Below, piece by piece: positions 30,126-38,536 of a DNA stretch of 64,000 bases. The first letter of the stretch is position 1, and each line of letters opens with the position of its first letter. The stretch spans positions 77,611-141,610 of the forward strand of contig CAYOME010000001.1 in assembly GCA_964405015.1 (NCBI GenBank), read 5' to 3'. Source of the DNA: an uncultured Candidatus Saccharibacteria bacterium (GTDB taxonomy: Bacteria > Patescibacteriota > Dojkabacteria > SC72). Both the position numbers and the translations under genes were made by a program. The notes beneath the pieces were generated by a model. It saw only the letters and a program-made list of their open reading frames with translations, ran no database searches and was not told where the DNA came from.

Positions 30126-30824
30126 TTAGTAATTATTTATTAAATCTATACCCTTTTCTGCATCAGGAAATACTTCAAACTTATATTTATTTGTAAAATA
30201 ATATTCAGGTAACTGTGAGAGTATCTTAGAATTAGATTCACCTTTCAACTGGTGATCACATCCCTCTATAATATGTGTTTGAACAGTCCTTGCGCTACTT
30301 GTATATCCTTTAAGGAATTCAAGGGTGTCAGGGGCTATTACAGAGTCTTCTGAGCCTATCACAATGAATAGATCTCCCTTATATCGTGGTAAATACTTCT
30401 GAATATCTTCCCTCAAGTTAGGGAGATTTATAAATGGATTAATAACTAAGACTTTGGTTACTTCTGGAAATTCCCAAGCTGTAAGTAATGCTGAAGCACC
30501 TCCAGCTGAGAATCCCATTAAAAATATTTCAGGGGTTTCAGATACAACGAATTCCAACGTTTTTTCTAAAGTGTAGTTAATCACCGTCCTTGCAGTTTCG
30601 TTGTAATCCTGAGGTCTTTCATTAGGTATTCTTACAAATGAAGCGATATTCCTTTTTTGAAGATAATTAGCTAAATTCAAGTATTTATTCTCATATCCTT
30701 CAGAAGTTCCACCTGCTCCAGGAATATTAATAATTACTTTGTTTGTTGAAGTAGGGTGATATGAGACAGGAATATCCCACCATGATTTAAGATAGATCTT
30801 TTCAGTTATGAAGGTATCACTCAC
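30126..30824 (-). CDS. Alpha/beta hydrolase (esterase or dienelactone-hydrolase-like)
   Basis: Nucleophile elbow 'GFSAGG' (GxSxG) and a C-terminal His (CDHQ). 232 aa. Confidence 0.6.
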   Translation of the reverse strand: MSDTFITEKIYLKSWWDIPVSYHPTSTNKVIINIPGAGGTSEGYENKYLNLANYLQKRNIASFVRIPNERPQDYNETARTVINYTLEKTLEFVVSETPEIFLMGFSAGGASALLTAWEFPEVTKVLVINPFINLPNLREDIQKYLPRYKGDLFIVIGSEDSVIAPDTLEFLKGYTSSARTVQTHIIEGCDHQLKGESNSKILSQLPEYYFTNKYKFEVFPDAEKGIDLINNY

Positions 30825-30827
30825 TTC

Positions 30828-31289
30828 CTAATATAATGCTCCTTGAATTACTTTAAAATATTTACCTCTATTCCTGTGATATTGGGGAAATTCTTTCTCT
30901 AAGTTTTCTACAATTTCCTTAAGGTTATTATCAACCTTTCTCCAGCAATCTAGTTTATCCTTTTGACATAGTATTTTTTCTTCATCACCAGAGATTCTAT
31001 TAGTAAACCAGTAAACTTTGTGTCTAAAATCGATAGCATCTGTTCTCAGGTCTTCCCAATTTACAACCTTCATAAACTTTAATCTATAGAATATATCTCT
31101 CTCCAAGACTCTATCAAAGTGTTCAATTAGTAAAGACGTATCACCACTTCTACAAAGGGTAGATAATATAAATACATTTCCATCAAATATCGTAGATAGT
31201 ATATCTAGAAATTCTTTTAGGTATGGCATTTGTTTACCATCTTTTATTAATATGACATTATCAATATCTATATATGCTCTCATAATCAT
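30828..31289 (-). CDS. Small HAD-like hydrolase (possible nucleotidase)
   Basis: N-terminal 'AYIDIDNVIL' matches HAD motif I (DxDx[TV]), with 'ILSTL' and 'GDEE' as candidate motifs II and IV. Only 153 aa. A 3-nt gap separates it from the hydrolase. Confidence 0.35.
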   Translation of the reverse strand: MIMRAYIDIDNVILIKDGKQMPYLKEFLDILSTIFDGNVFILSTLCRSGDTSLLIEHFDRVLERDIFYRLKFMKVVNWEDLRTDAIDFRHKVYWFTNRISGDEEKILCQKDKLDCWRKVDNNLKEIVENLEKEFPQYHRNRGKYFKVIQGALY

Positions 31290-31325
31290 ATGATTATAAA
31301 TGATCTGTGATTCTATACAGAAGCT

Positions 31326-31829
31326 TTACTCCTTAAATAATCCTCTCCTTTGACCTTCTTCTACTCCATATCCAATTCTTACTTCAAGCCTAGAATCTAA
31401 CTGCTTTTTTAATTCTCTGTAGGAATCAATCATCATTTTATATTCAATAAAAGATATTTCTTCTTTTTTATCTTTAGCCTCCTTGAGGACTGTAATTAGT
31501 GCAGTTAACACTTGTATATTTTTCTCAAACAAGTCTAAGTATTGTTTTAAGAGAACATCCTCTGGGAAATCTTTTCGAGATTGTATTTTCTCTAAGCTTT
31601 GTTTACATACCAAAAGATCATTCAAACAATCTTCGGATTTATCCTCATTTTTATTAAGCATTAGTTGCAAAACGGATTTGTCTTTTTGGAAGTATACCCT
31701 ATCTATCTCATTAAAAATTTTGAATACCTGAAAAGAATCTACTATTGCTTGTGTGTAAGCCTCTTTATCGTCTGACATATAAACTTCTGACCAAGTTATA
31801 TATAAATTGTTTGTGAGTATTTGAGACAA
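31326..31829 (-). CDS. Hypothetical helical protein; the start codon is uncertain (TTG at 31829 or ATG at 31778)
   Basis: The 167-aa ORF in the track begins at a TTG; the first ATG would give 150 aa. First gene of a three-gene minus-strand operon. Confidence 0.4.
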   Translation of the reverse strand: MSQILTNNLYITWSEVYMSDDKEAYTQAIVDSFQVFKIFNEIDRVYFQKDKSVLQLMLNKNEDKSEDCLNDLLVCKQSLEKIQSRKDFPEDVLLKQYLDLFEKNIQVLTALITVLKEAKDKKEEISFIEYKMMIDSYRELKKQLDSRLEVRIGYGVEEGQRRGLFKE

Positions 31830-31831
31830 GT

Positions 31832-31950
31832 GGTCTCCCGCTCACAGGTAGGTATCGCTACTCTACCTACTAGGGTTTCCCCTAGTAACCAGGTCAGTGA
31901 TTGCAAGACGGAAGACCGCCTATAACACTGACCTGGATTTAATTTTCTTT
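31832..31950. other. GC-rich structured element of unknown function: three perfect hairpins, a possible pseudoknot and a T-rich tail
   Basis: H1 is GTAGGTA-(9 nt)-TACCTAC at 31848-31870. H2 is TAGGG-TTTC-CCCTA at 31871-31884. H3 is CCAGGTCAGTG-(26 nt)-CACTGACCTGG at 31889-31936. The 5' GGUCUCC (31832-31838) can pair with GGAAGACC (31910-31917) in the H3 loop. H3 is followed by ATTTAATTTTCTTT on the + strand. Local GC is far above the ~30% background. Confidence 0.5.
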
Positions 31951-32023
31951 ACCATGCCTAATAAATAGGTTTAGGTAACTAAGATAATATTATTATGAGT
32001 TTGATAATTTTACAAATGCATAA

Positions 32024-33901
32024 TTAGAATCTATATACAATGTTCTTTTTTGCCTTTCTTTGACCACTGAAATCAAGAAGCATTTTTTCGAAATTCTCAT
32101 TACTTTCTTTTAACTTTTTTTGTTTTTTATCATAATAAAGAGTATCTTCAACAAACCCTTTAATTTCACTTGATACTAACTTAGTTGTGTCTTGAGGACA
32201 AACAGACAACAATTCTAATAGCATAGAAAATACTAAATTACTGACAAAGAAATAATATGGTATTAACTCGTTATTAAAACCTACTTCTAAATGATCCGCT
32301 CCGTTGTGTATAATCTTTGAGCGATATGAATAAGCTTTGCTATATCTTTTATTAAAATTCTGAAAATTTAAGCCTAAAGACTTAATTATTTTAGAATGAT
32401 TTTTAAAGAGCTCTTTATTTTGATAATTTATTGAATGTTCGTATTCTAAAGCATTACGCATATTTGAATTTTTAAATTCAGGAACTTTGTTGATTATCTC
32501 AATTATCTTTTTAAACTCTAGGTCTCCTTCGCCTTTTCTCCTAGAAGGAGTAAAATATGCTCCGAGTTTATCTATAATTCCCCACAGCTCTACGTAGGAG
32601 GATGCTAAAGAATGGGGTTGCTTAGAATCACGGTAATCCCTCAACAAGCCTTTTATGAAAAGCCTGAAGTTCTTACCTTTTCTATGAAGATTTGTTATTG
32701 ATGGATTTAGATATTTTGCATACTCAAAACTATACAACGAATTATAGGATCTTCCTTTATGACTATTATAAATGTAATTCCTCTCTGAAAAAATCGCGTT
32801 TCTATTAAATAACGATAAAATCAAAGATATCTCTTCAAGAAATTCTAACGGTTGTTCAACTTTTTGGGAATTTAATTCTAATGTATGTGTCCAAATCATT
32901 CTCCCCTCCGATGGAGGAAATATTTCCTCTTTAATCTCAGCTGGAATCCCAAGGGAGATATCTACAGATCTCTTAGAGGTCTTAGTCGGTTTATAAAAAA
33001 ATCTCATATCTTGATCATAAGTGAGATTCTTAACAATCCTAAATCGAGATGCGGAGATATAAGGAAAGCCATCGATCTCAAAGTTGTAAAGTTTATATAG
33101 CAATATTTTACTTTTCGAATCAAGACCTCTATCCTTTATATTTATTAGCAATCCAGTTGACAAATCAGACTTTAAAAAAGTATCTTTTATAGAGATAAAT
33201 CCACCTTTGTATGAATACCTTTCTTCCAATAATTTTAACAACCTTTCTGAAAATATATAGAATTCACCTAAAAATATGTTAACAGCTTTGAAAAGTTCAG
33301 GAATAGGTGAATTGTCTCTTGGTATAATACTAATCTTTTTCGTTCCATCTTCTTCTATAGATGTTTGCGCTTTTGTCATGTTTAAATACCCTTTTTGAAA
33401 CCTGTTCAACAAAATTTGTATTTGCTGTTGATTCTCAGTTAACAGAAAAAGCTTCAAGTATTCTGCAATTGTTGTATCTCTTAGCGCTAGCTCGTTAATA
33501 ATCTCTTCAACCTGAATTTCTTCATCTTTGACACCCAAATCAAAGAAATAAGCAATAAAATTTAACATACTATATTTTATTGTGTAAATGTGGTTGATCA
33601 GATCTAACAAAAGGAAACCTTTGACGAAGTCTTTGCTATACATCTCATTAGAAAGGGGTAGTTCGCCATTTATATGTTTAACTGAAAAATTCAAATCTTT
33701 TATTCGATCACGTAAATAAATAATTCTTTGTAGAGAGGCTTGATTACGAACAAACTTGTTAATGTTTAGTTTTTCATGAATGCTAACTCCTGAATTTAAT
33801 GGATCCTCTGTTGCAAACTGCGATACAGTAGATTGTATCTTATCCCATATTTCTAATATTTTTTCCGGATCTTCTGTAACACTTAGTTTATTATGTTCCA
33901 A
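32024..33901 (-). CDS. Hypothetical protein with a C-terminal Rx4H (HEPN-like) motif
   Basis: 625 aa, mostly helical. 'YRSKIIHNGADH' near the C-terminus fits the HEPN Rx4-6H signature. No other recognisable domain. Last gene of the MmeI-like operon. Confidence 0.4.
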   Translation of the reverse strand: MEHNKLSVTEDPEKILEIWDKIQSTVSQFATEDPLNSGVSIHEKLNINKFVRNQASLQRIIYLRDRIKDLNFSVKHINGELPLSNEMYSKDFVKGFLLLDLINHIYTIKYSMLNFIAYFFDLGVKDEEIQVEEIINELALRDTTIAEYLKLFLLTENQQQIQILLNRFQKGYLNMTKAQTSIEEDGTKKISIIPRDNSPIPELFKAVNIFLGEFYIFSERLLKLLEERYSYKGGFISIKDTFLKSDLSTGLLINIKDRGLDSKSKILLYKLYNFEIDGFPYISASRFRIVKNLTYDQDMRFFYKPTKTSKRSVDISLGIPAEIKEEIFPPSEGRMIWTHTLELNSQKVEQPLEFLEEISLILSLFNRNAIFSERNYIYNSHKGRSYNSLYSFEYAKYLNPSITNLHRKGKNFRLFIKGLLRDYRDSKQPHSLASSYVELWGIIDKLGAYFTPSRRKGEGDLEFKKIIEIINKVPEFKNSNMRNALEYEHSINYQNKELFKNHSKIIKSLGLNFQNFNKRYSKAYSYRSKIIHNGADHLEVGFNNELIPYYFFVSNLVFSMLLELLSVCPQDTTKLVSSEIKGFVEDTLYYDKKQKKLKESNENFEKMLLDFSGQRKAKKNIVYRF

Positions 33902-33922
33902 TGCTTAATTATTATGTTAATT

Positions 33923-34597
33923 TTATTCTGAATTTTCTGGCCATAATTTTGGCATAGATTCAGGAGCACGAATTTGCCAAAATGTATTCGGAATACTAAG
34001 ATTCTTATCATCGTCTTCATGATAAAAAGTGATATTTTTATAGGGATCAAATGCATTAAGTCCATATTGAGAACATAGCAATATTCCAAGCGCAGCAACA
34101 GAGAACACTGCATTTTCCAGGTTCGCCCAATAAAATTTAGAGTCTCTATTATGTTTTACTTGATTATATACATAATACCAGTCTAACCATTCTCCATTAT
34201 CGCAGAACTTCCAAACATCAGAATATCCTGAACAGCTCTGCCATGTCATATAAGGAGATAAATTCGCACCATATTGTCCTTCTATTTTCCAATCAGCTAA
34301 AAGGGGAGAATAAAAACAATAATCATAAAGCTCGAGTTTATTTGCTGATTTAAAATAAGTTTCAATATTGGAATTCTTTATCTCTTCATCAGTTGAATTA
34401 TTCTTCTTTAATATCTGGCGAGAAACATTTTCAAATTCAGTCCCACATCTGAGAATTATTTCATAAAAACGATGAGAGTAGGTTTGCTTGTTTTGATCAA
34501 CAGGTTCTATATAATCAAAAGTTTTTAAAAGGTCACTCTCTAAAAGGTTGTATGCTTTGCAATTAGAAAACCTTCTATCCACTTCCAGTCTATTCAT
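33923..34597 (-). CDS. Hypothetical protein (Trp/Tyr/Cys-rich)
   Basis: 224 aa with no recognised motif; a 21-nt gap separates it from the next gene. Confidence 0.45.
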   Translation of the reverse strand: MNRLEVDRRFSNCKAYNLLESDLLKTFDYIEPVDQNKQTYSHRFYEIILRCGTEFENVSRQILKKNNSTDEEIKNSNIETYFKSANKLELYDYCFYSPLLADWKIEGQYGANLSPYMTWQSCSGYSDVWKFCDNGEWLDWYYVYNQVKHNRDSKFYWANLENAVFSVAALGILLCSQYGLNAFDPYKNITFYHEDDDKNLSIPNTFWQIRAPESMPKLWPENSE

Positions 34598-34636
34598 GGC
34601 CTTTTATTACATTAATTTAGTCATCCATTACGTTAA

Positions 34637-37600
34637 TTAGAAAGCCACAGTGTCAATTTCTTTGATTATTTTATCAGTTTCTCTAAGAACTATTGTTATC
34701 ATGGAATAGTGTTCAATATCATCAGGACTTAATTCTCTCCCTTTCCTATCCATCAACCATTTCTGAGCTGGTTGATATCCACCTATATAGAAATTCCAAG
34801 CTACTTCGGATACATTTCCGAAACATTGAGTAGAGTTGACATATATCTTTCCATCCTCAAACTTTGTCCTTTCAACAACATTATTTCCTTCTCCTAGGTA
34901 TGATACCTCGTATGGGTCTATATTCTTGTGTTCGAGTAGATGATATTTGATAAGTTCATTTCCTAATTTAGTCAATTTATCAAATGTCTCCCGGTCTTTA
35001 GGATATGGAATTCTAGGATAATCAATTTTTAAAAATTCTTGAAATTTCTCTCTATATTTTGAACTATTAAGAACAGCGTAAGTATACCTAAGAATCTCTT
35101 CTGGAGTTATTTTGCCAATGTGAGACTCTATCTTTTCAATGATACCTTCGTTTAAGTTAGCTTTCCTCACATCTTCACCCTCGGTAAAAGTATAGAGTGG
35201 AAATATTTGCTCTGCACCTTGCATACCTGGCCGAGACCAATATCTTCTGTCGACAATTCGATTAGAGATAAAACAAGGGGAGCTTCGAGATTCGTCAAAA
35301 CCTCTTTTCACAATAAGACCTACATTATTTCTCAACATATACTTCATAACGTTATATCTGCCATTGCATACAAAGCCATTCTGTTTACCGGTATAGAAGG
35401 TCTTACGAATATCAAAGGGTCTATATAAGATATCAACAAAATTAGTATATTCACCGATATTTTGAAGGATGTCTGCCTTTGCTCTGTTGATTTTCCAATC
35501 TCGTGAATCCTTCGTTTTATATTTTAAGGCAATTTCGTTTTCCGACAGATCGGCAAAATCATCAACAACATTCCGGATTTCTTGATCTGTAAATTGAATT
35601 GCTATCGAATCCCTAACAGTTTCAACACCAGAGACAGATTGAATAAATAAACCATCTATAGGAATATATTCATCGTAAATTGACTTATTCGTAAAATCTT
35701 TTTTAACAAAATAAAAATTTGGTTTAGTATAGTCAAGCTTAGAATACTCAATCTTATCAAATTCATTTGATAATCCCTCAAATTTCTTTTTTCTCAATCC
35801 AAATAGATCTTTATGATAAACACTTGCTAAGTTTGTTTTATCATTTCCAACTTTAACAAAAATGTTAATAGAAACACCTTGTTGGATATCAAAAACATTC
35901 TCATCCCTTGAACCATCTGGTGCAACTTCCTTCTTTTTTGAGTTTCCATGCAAGTCTAGTATATAAATATTATCAAATGTCTCTAAAAGGTGCTTTCGCA
36001 TTTGCCTATGGGTGATACCATCCAAAAATGAATTATTTGTAATCATTGCCACAATTCCACTACCATTCTTCTCAACTAATGATTCTGCAAACCTTATAAA
36101 CTTTATATAATCATCATCTAGATTTATTTTTTTCTCATTTAAATCTTGTTTGTATACTTTAATTAAATTCTGAATCCAATCTCCTTTATTTTGTGAACTA
36201 ACACTATATGGAGGGTTTCCTAATATAACCATTATGGGTTTGTCTTTTTTAATCTCAGAAGCTTCTTTAGACTCTTGAGATATACTATCAGCTAAACCAA
36301 AGCCTTCGAACATATCACCAATTGTGTTTCCTTCTTCCAGAGAATTAGTTAGGTAGATTCCTAATCTTCTGTTGTTAAAGTATTTGAAACCCATTTCTTT
36401 TAACAACATACTCATCTTCAGATGAGCAATGGTATATGGAGCAATCATTATTTCAAATCCAAATAACCTCGGAAGAACTTCATGTAATACATAGCTTCCC
36501 CAATTTCCAGCTTGTTTTTGTCTTCTCTCGTGTATTATCTTGATAACTTCCGTTAAAAAAGTTCCTGTTCCTGTAGCAGGGTCTAATACTTGAACTACAT
36601 GTCCTTTTTCATTCTTGGAGCTGTTCGCAAGTCCTCCTGTGAGCTTAAAATCATGTTCTAGTATATGGTCTACACTTTTTACAATGAATTGAACAACTGG
36701 AAGTGGGGTATAGTAAGCTCCAAATTCTTTTCTCTTCTTACTATCATACTCTTGTAGAAAATCCTCATAGAAGTGTATTACAGGGTCTTTAGATCCTTTC
36801 TCCGTGCCGTAATAATTACTGATGAGTTTAGAGATATCTGAATGAGAAAATACTCTACAAAGCTCATCAACGATACTATCCAATCTGTCATCAAAATCAG
36901 CTCCTGCTATATGGTCGAAGAAATGTCTTAGTAGTGGGTTTGAAGCTGGAACTAAATCCCTAGCTTCTGACCTAGTAAAAGTATCAGGAGATGTATCGTG
37001 GAATCTTGCAACAAACAAGCCGTAGACTAGAGTTTGTGCATACATGTCTGCGAAATCATCGGTTGACATATCATGTATGAGTTGTCTTTTCATGGTCTCG
37101 TAGACTTTATAGATACTTCGCTTCTCTTTTTCAGGACTATTAAGCATCTCTCTTGCATTCTCTCTAATACGATATGCTTTTCCACCCATTATCTTAGCCA
37201 GATGAGAACCAGATTTAATTGCTTCTTTATGAGATTCCGTAAATTGGATTAATGTTTTTCTTAATAGCTCAAAGTTTTCTGGATTGTATGATAGGGTTCT
37301 TTCTTTTTTATCGTATGAAGCAATAGAAATAGGCTCAACGTATTTAATTCCGTTCCTGTAGAATCTAAATTCTAAATAATCTGTTAATATGAGATTGTCA
37401 TATCCATAATATCGCGTAAGTTGTTCAGATTTCTCAATCTTATCAAGTGATACTCCAATATCTTTTACTTCTACATAAAGTAGGGGAACACTTCCTTTTG
37501 ATAAAACAAAGTCTGGCTTATTACCACCTACAGCCTTTCCATCGTGATCAATGTTTGTAACTTTTATTTCGCTAAATATTTCTTTTAGAAAGTTTTCGAA

Positions 37601-37708
37601 TGGTGTCCGGTATCCATATTCCGATGTTTGTGTTTGTGAATACTTTTCAGATACTTCGTTTAAGTAGCGATTCAATATCTCGTAGGTTGTTTTTAAAGTT
37701 GTATCCAT
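34637..37708 (-). CDS. MmeI-family Type IIL restriction-modification enzyme (fused PD-ExK endonuclease, gamma-class N6-adenine methyltransferase and target-recognition domain)
   Basis: The N-terminal 'PDFVLSKGSVPLLYVEVKDIGVSLDK' parallels the MmeI nuclease motif 'VDLFWPGILLIEMKSRGKDLDK'. 'GAYYTPLPVV' matches MmeI 'GAHYTSEANI'. Motif IV 'ILGNPPYSV' matches MmeI 'ILGNPPFVG'. 1023 aa. Confidence 0.85.
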   Translation of the reverse strand: MDTTLKTTYEILNRYLNEVSEKYSQTQTSEYGYRTPFENFLKEIFSEIKVTNIDHDGKAVGGNKPDFVLSKGSVPLLYVEVKDIGVSLDKIEKSEQLTRYYGYDNLILTDYLEFRFYRNGIKYVEPISIASYDKKERTLSYNPENFELLRKTLIQFTESHKEAIKSGSHLAKIMGGKAYRIRENAREMLNSPEKEKRSIYKVYETMKRQLIHDMSTDDFADMYAQTLVYGLFVARFHDTSPDTFTRSEARDLVPASNPLLRHFFDHIAGADFDDRLDSIVDELCRVFSHSDISKLISNYYGTEKGSKDPVIHFYEDFLQEYDSKKRKEFGAYYTPLPVVQFIVKSVDHILEHDFKLTGGLANSSKNEKGHVVQVLDPATGTGTFLTEVIKIIHERRQKQAGNWGSYVLHEVLPRLFGFEIMIAPYTIAHLKMSMLLKEMGFKYFNNRRLGIYLTNSLEEGNTIGDMFEGFGLADSISQESKEASEIKKDKPIMVILGNPPYSVSSQNKGDWIQNLIKVYKQDLNEKKINLDDDYIKFIRFAESLVEKNGSGIVAMITNNSFLDGITHRQMRKHLLETFDNIYILDLHGNSKKKEVAPDGSRDENVFDIQQGVSINIFVKVGNDKTNLASVYHKDLFGLRKKKFEGLSNEFDKIEYSKLDYTKPNFYFVKKDFTNKSIYDEYIPIDGLFIQSVSGVETVRDSIAIQFTDQEIRNVVDDFADLSENEIALKYKTKDSRDWKINRAKADILQNIGEYTNFVDILYRPFDIRKTFYTGKQNGFVCNGRYNVMKYMLRNNVGLIVKRGFDESRSSPCFISNRIVDRRYWSRPGMQGAEQIFPLYTFTEGEDVRKANLNEGIIEKIESHIGKITPEEILRYTYAVLNSSKYREKFQEFLKIDYPRIPYPKDRETFDKLTKLGNELIKYHLLEHKNIDPYEVSYLGEGNNVVERTKFEDGKIYVNSTQCFGNVSEVAWNFYIGGYQPAQKWLMDRKGRELSPDDIEHYSMITIVLRETDKIIKEIDTVAF

Positions 37709-37782
37709 ATACTGTATCTGCTTAGTCTCGATAGACGTTACTCATCTGACCCATTATACTTCGAAATCGTCTCTATTTAAAA

Positions 37783-38250
37783 CTAATATTTTTTATATGT
37801 CGTTATGGTTATATCTGTCTTCTCAATTTCTATAGTTTCAACCATATCACATTTAATACCGTATGCCTTCTTTATACGGTTCACTTCTTCTTTTTGAGTT
37901 TTCCTTCTAGTTATCTTTTTAATAACCTTGATAGGTTCTGCAATCGCAAACTCGACAAGCTTTTCAATTAAGATTCCCTTCACCAGATCAGGAATACCCT
38001 CCCAAATGTTGAGTATTATTTCTTGAATAGATGCTCCAGCACCTCTTTCTTCATGTATGTATCTTCTCTCAACTACATAATAAGAGTTCGTTAATTCAAA
38101 GCCCTCACGCGACTCTAAATACTCTTCGAGGGCATTAAAATCAAATTGATCAGGTAGGTCAACTTCAATTACCTCGACAAGCTCTCCTTCCCCGGGGTTA
38201 TCATCAGTCCTAAGATATCTCTTAATAATGAAATTGTTGATATCACTCAT
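37783..38250 (-). CDS. Hypothetical protein, first gene of the MmeI-like operon
   Basis: 155-aa acidic protein; 74-nt gap to the MmeI-like gene. Confidence 0.45.
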   Translation of the reverse strand: MSDINNFIIKRYLRTDDNPGEGELVEVIEVDLPDQFDFNALEEYLESREGFELTNSYYVVERRYIHEERGAGASIQEIILNIWEGIPDLVKGILIEKLVEFAIAEPIKVIKKITRRKTQKEEVNRIKKAYGIKCDMVETIEIEKTDITITTYKKY

Positions 38251-38252
38251 TA

Positions 38253-38267
38253 AGTTTGAGGGAACTT
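38253..38267 (+). repeat. 15-mer TTTGAGGGAACTTAA, copy 2
   Basis: Identical to 5342-5356; lies just upstream of the start of the minus-strand 155-aa gene, inside the island. Confidence 0.5.
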
Positions 38268-38536
38268 AAGTTATTTATGTATTGTATACGAAAGCTTCAC
38301 TTTGTTAAACTCCATAGAAGCATGTTCAACTAATACAAATTTCACCCTTTAGAATATTATGTTCACAACAAATCCTCCTAACATAGAAGGATATTAAAAT
38401 TTATAATCTATAAAATACTTTACTTCACTATTCAGATCTTTAGATAAGATATCATTTAGCTGTTTTATAGCCTTCTTGAAGTTCTCTACTGTCAGTTTAG
38501 ACAGTAATTCAAAATGTTCACGTTGATAGATCTTCT

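Noticed and set aside
31827-31829. ATG start for the 167-aa gene at 31829
   Set aside because: The codon there is TTG, which is a possible alternative start; the first ATG is at 31778. The start is left ambiguous; this matters because the structured element would otherwise abut the start codon.
31832-31936. Possible SRP (4.5S/ffs) RNA. The + strand contains UCUCCCGC ... GCUACUCU ... ACCAGGUCAG ... GGAAG in the same order as the 5' half of E. coli 4.5S RNA, as recalled from memory.
   Set aside because: There is no complementary 3' half to form the long helix-5/helix-8 hairpin. The three perfect local hairpins are incompatible with the SRP fold. The E. coli sequence was recalled from memory and not verified. 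The element is kept as a structured element of unknown function; a cmsearch with the SRP models would settle it.
34637-37708. Possible BREX PglX methyltransferase rather than an MmeI-like R-M enzyme
   Set aside because: An N-terminal PD-ExK nuclease motif aligned to MmeI is present. No PglZ, BrxC, BrxA, BrxB or BrxL genes occur anywhere in the window.
16060-38300. Long direct repeats of the tRNA 3' half (15-50 bp), as expected for tyrosine-integrase islands
   Set aside because: None were found. Both integrases are serine recombinases, which do not generate long duplications. Only the 9-bp CCACCCCAT repeat was detected.
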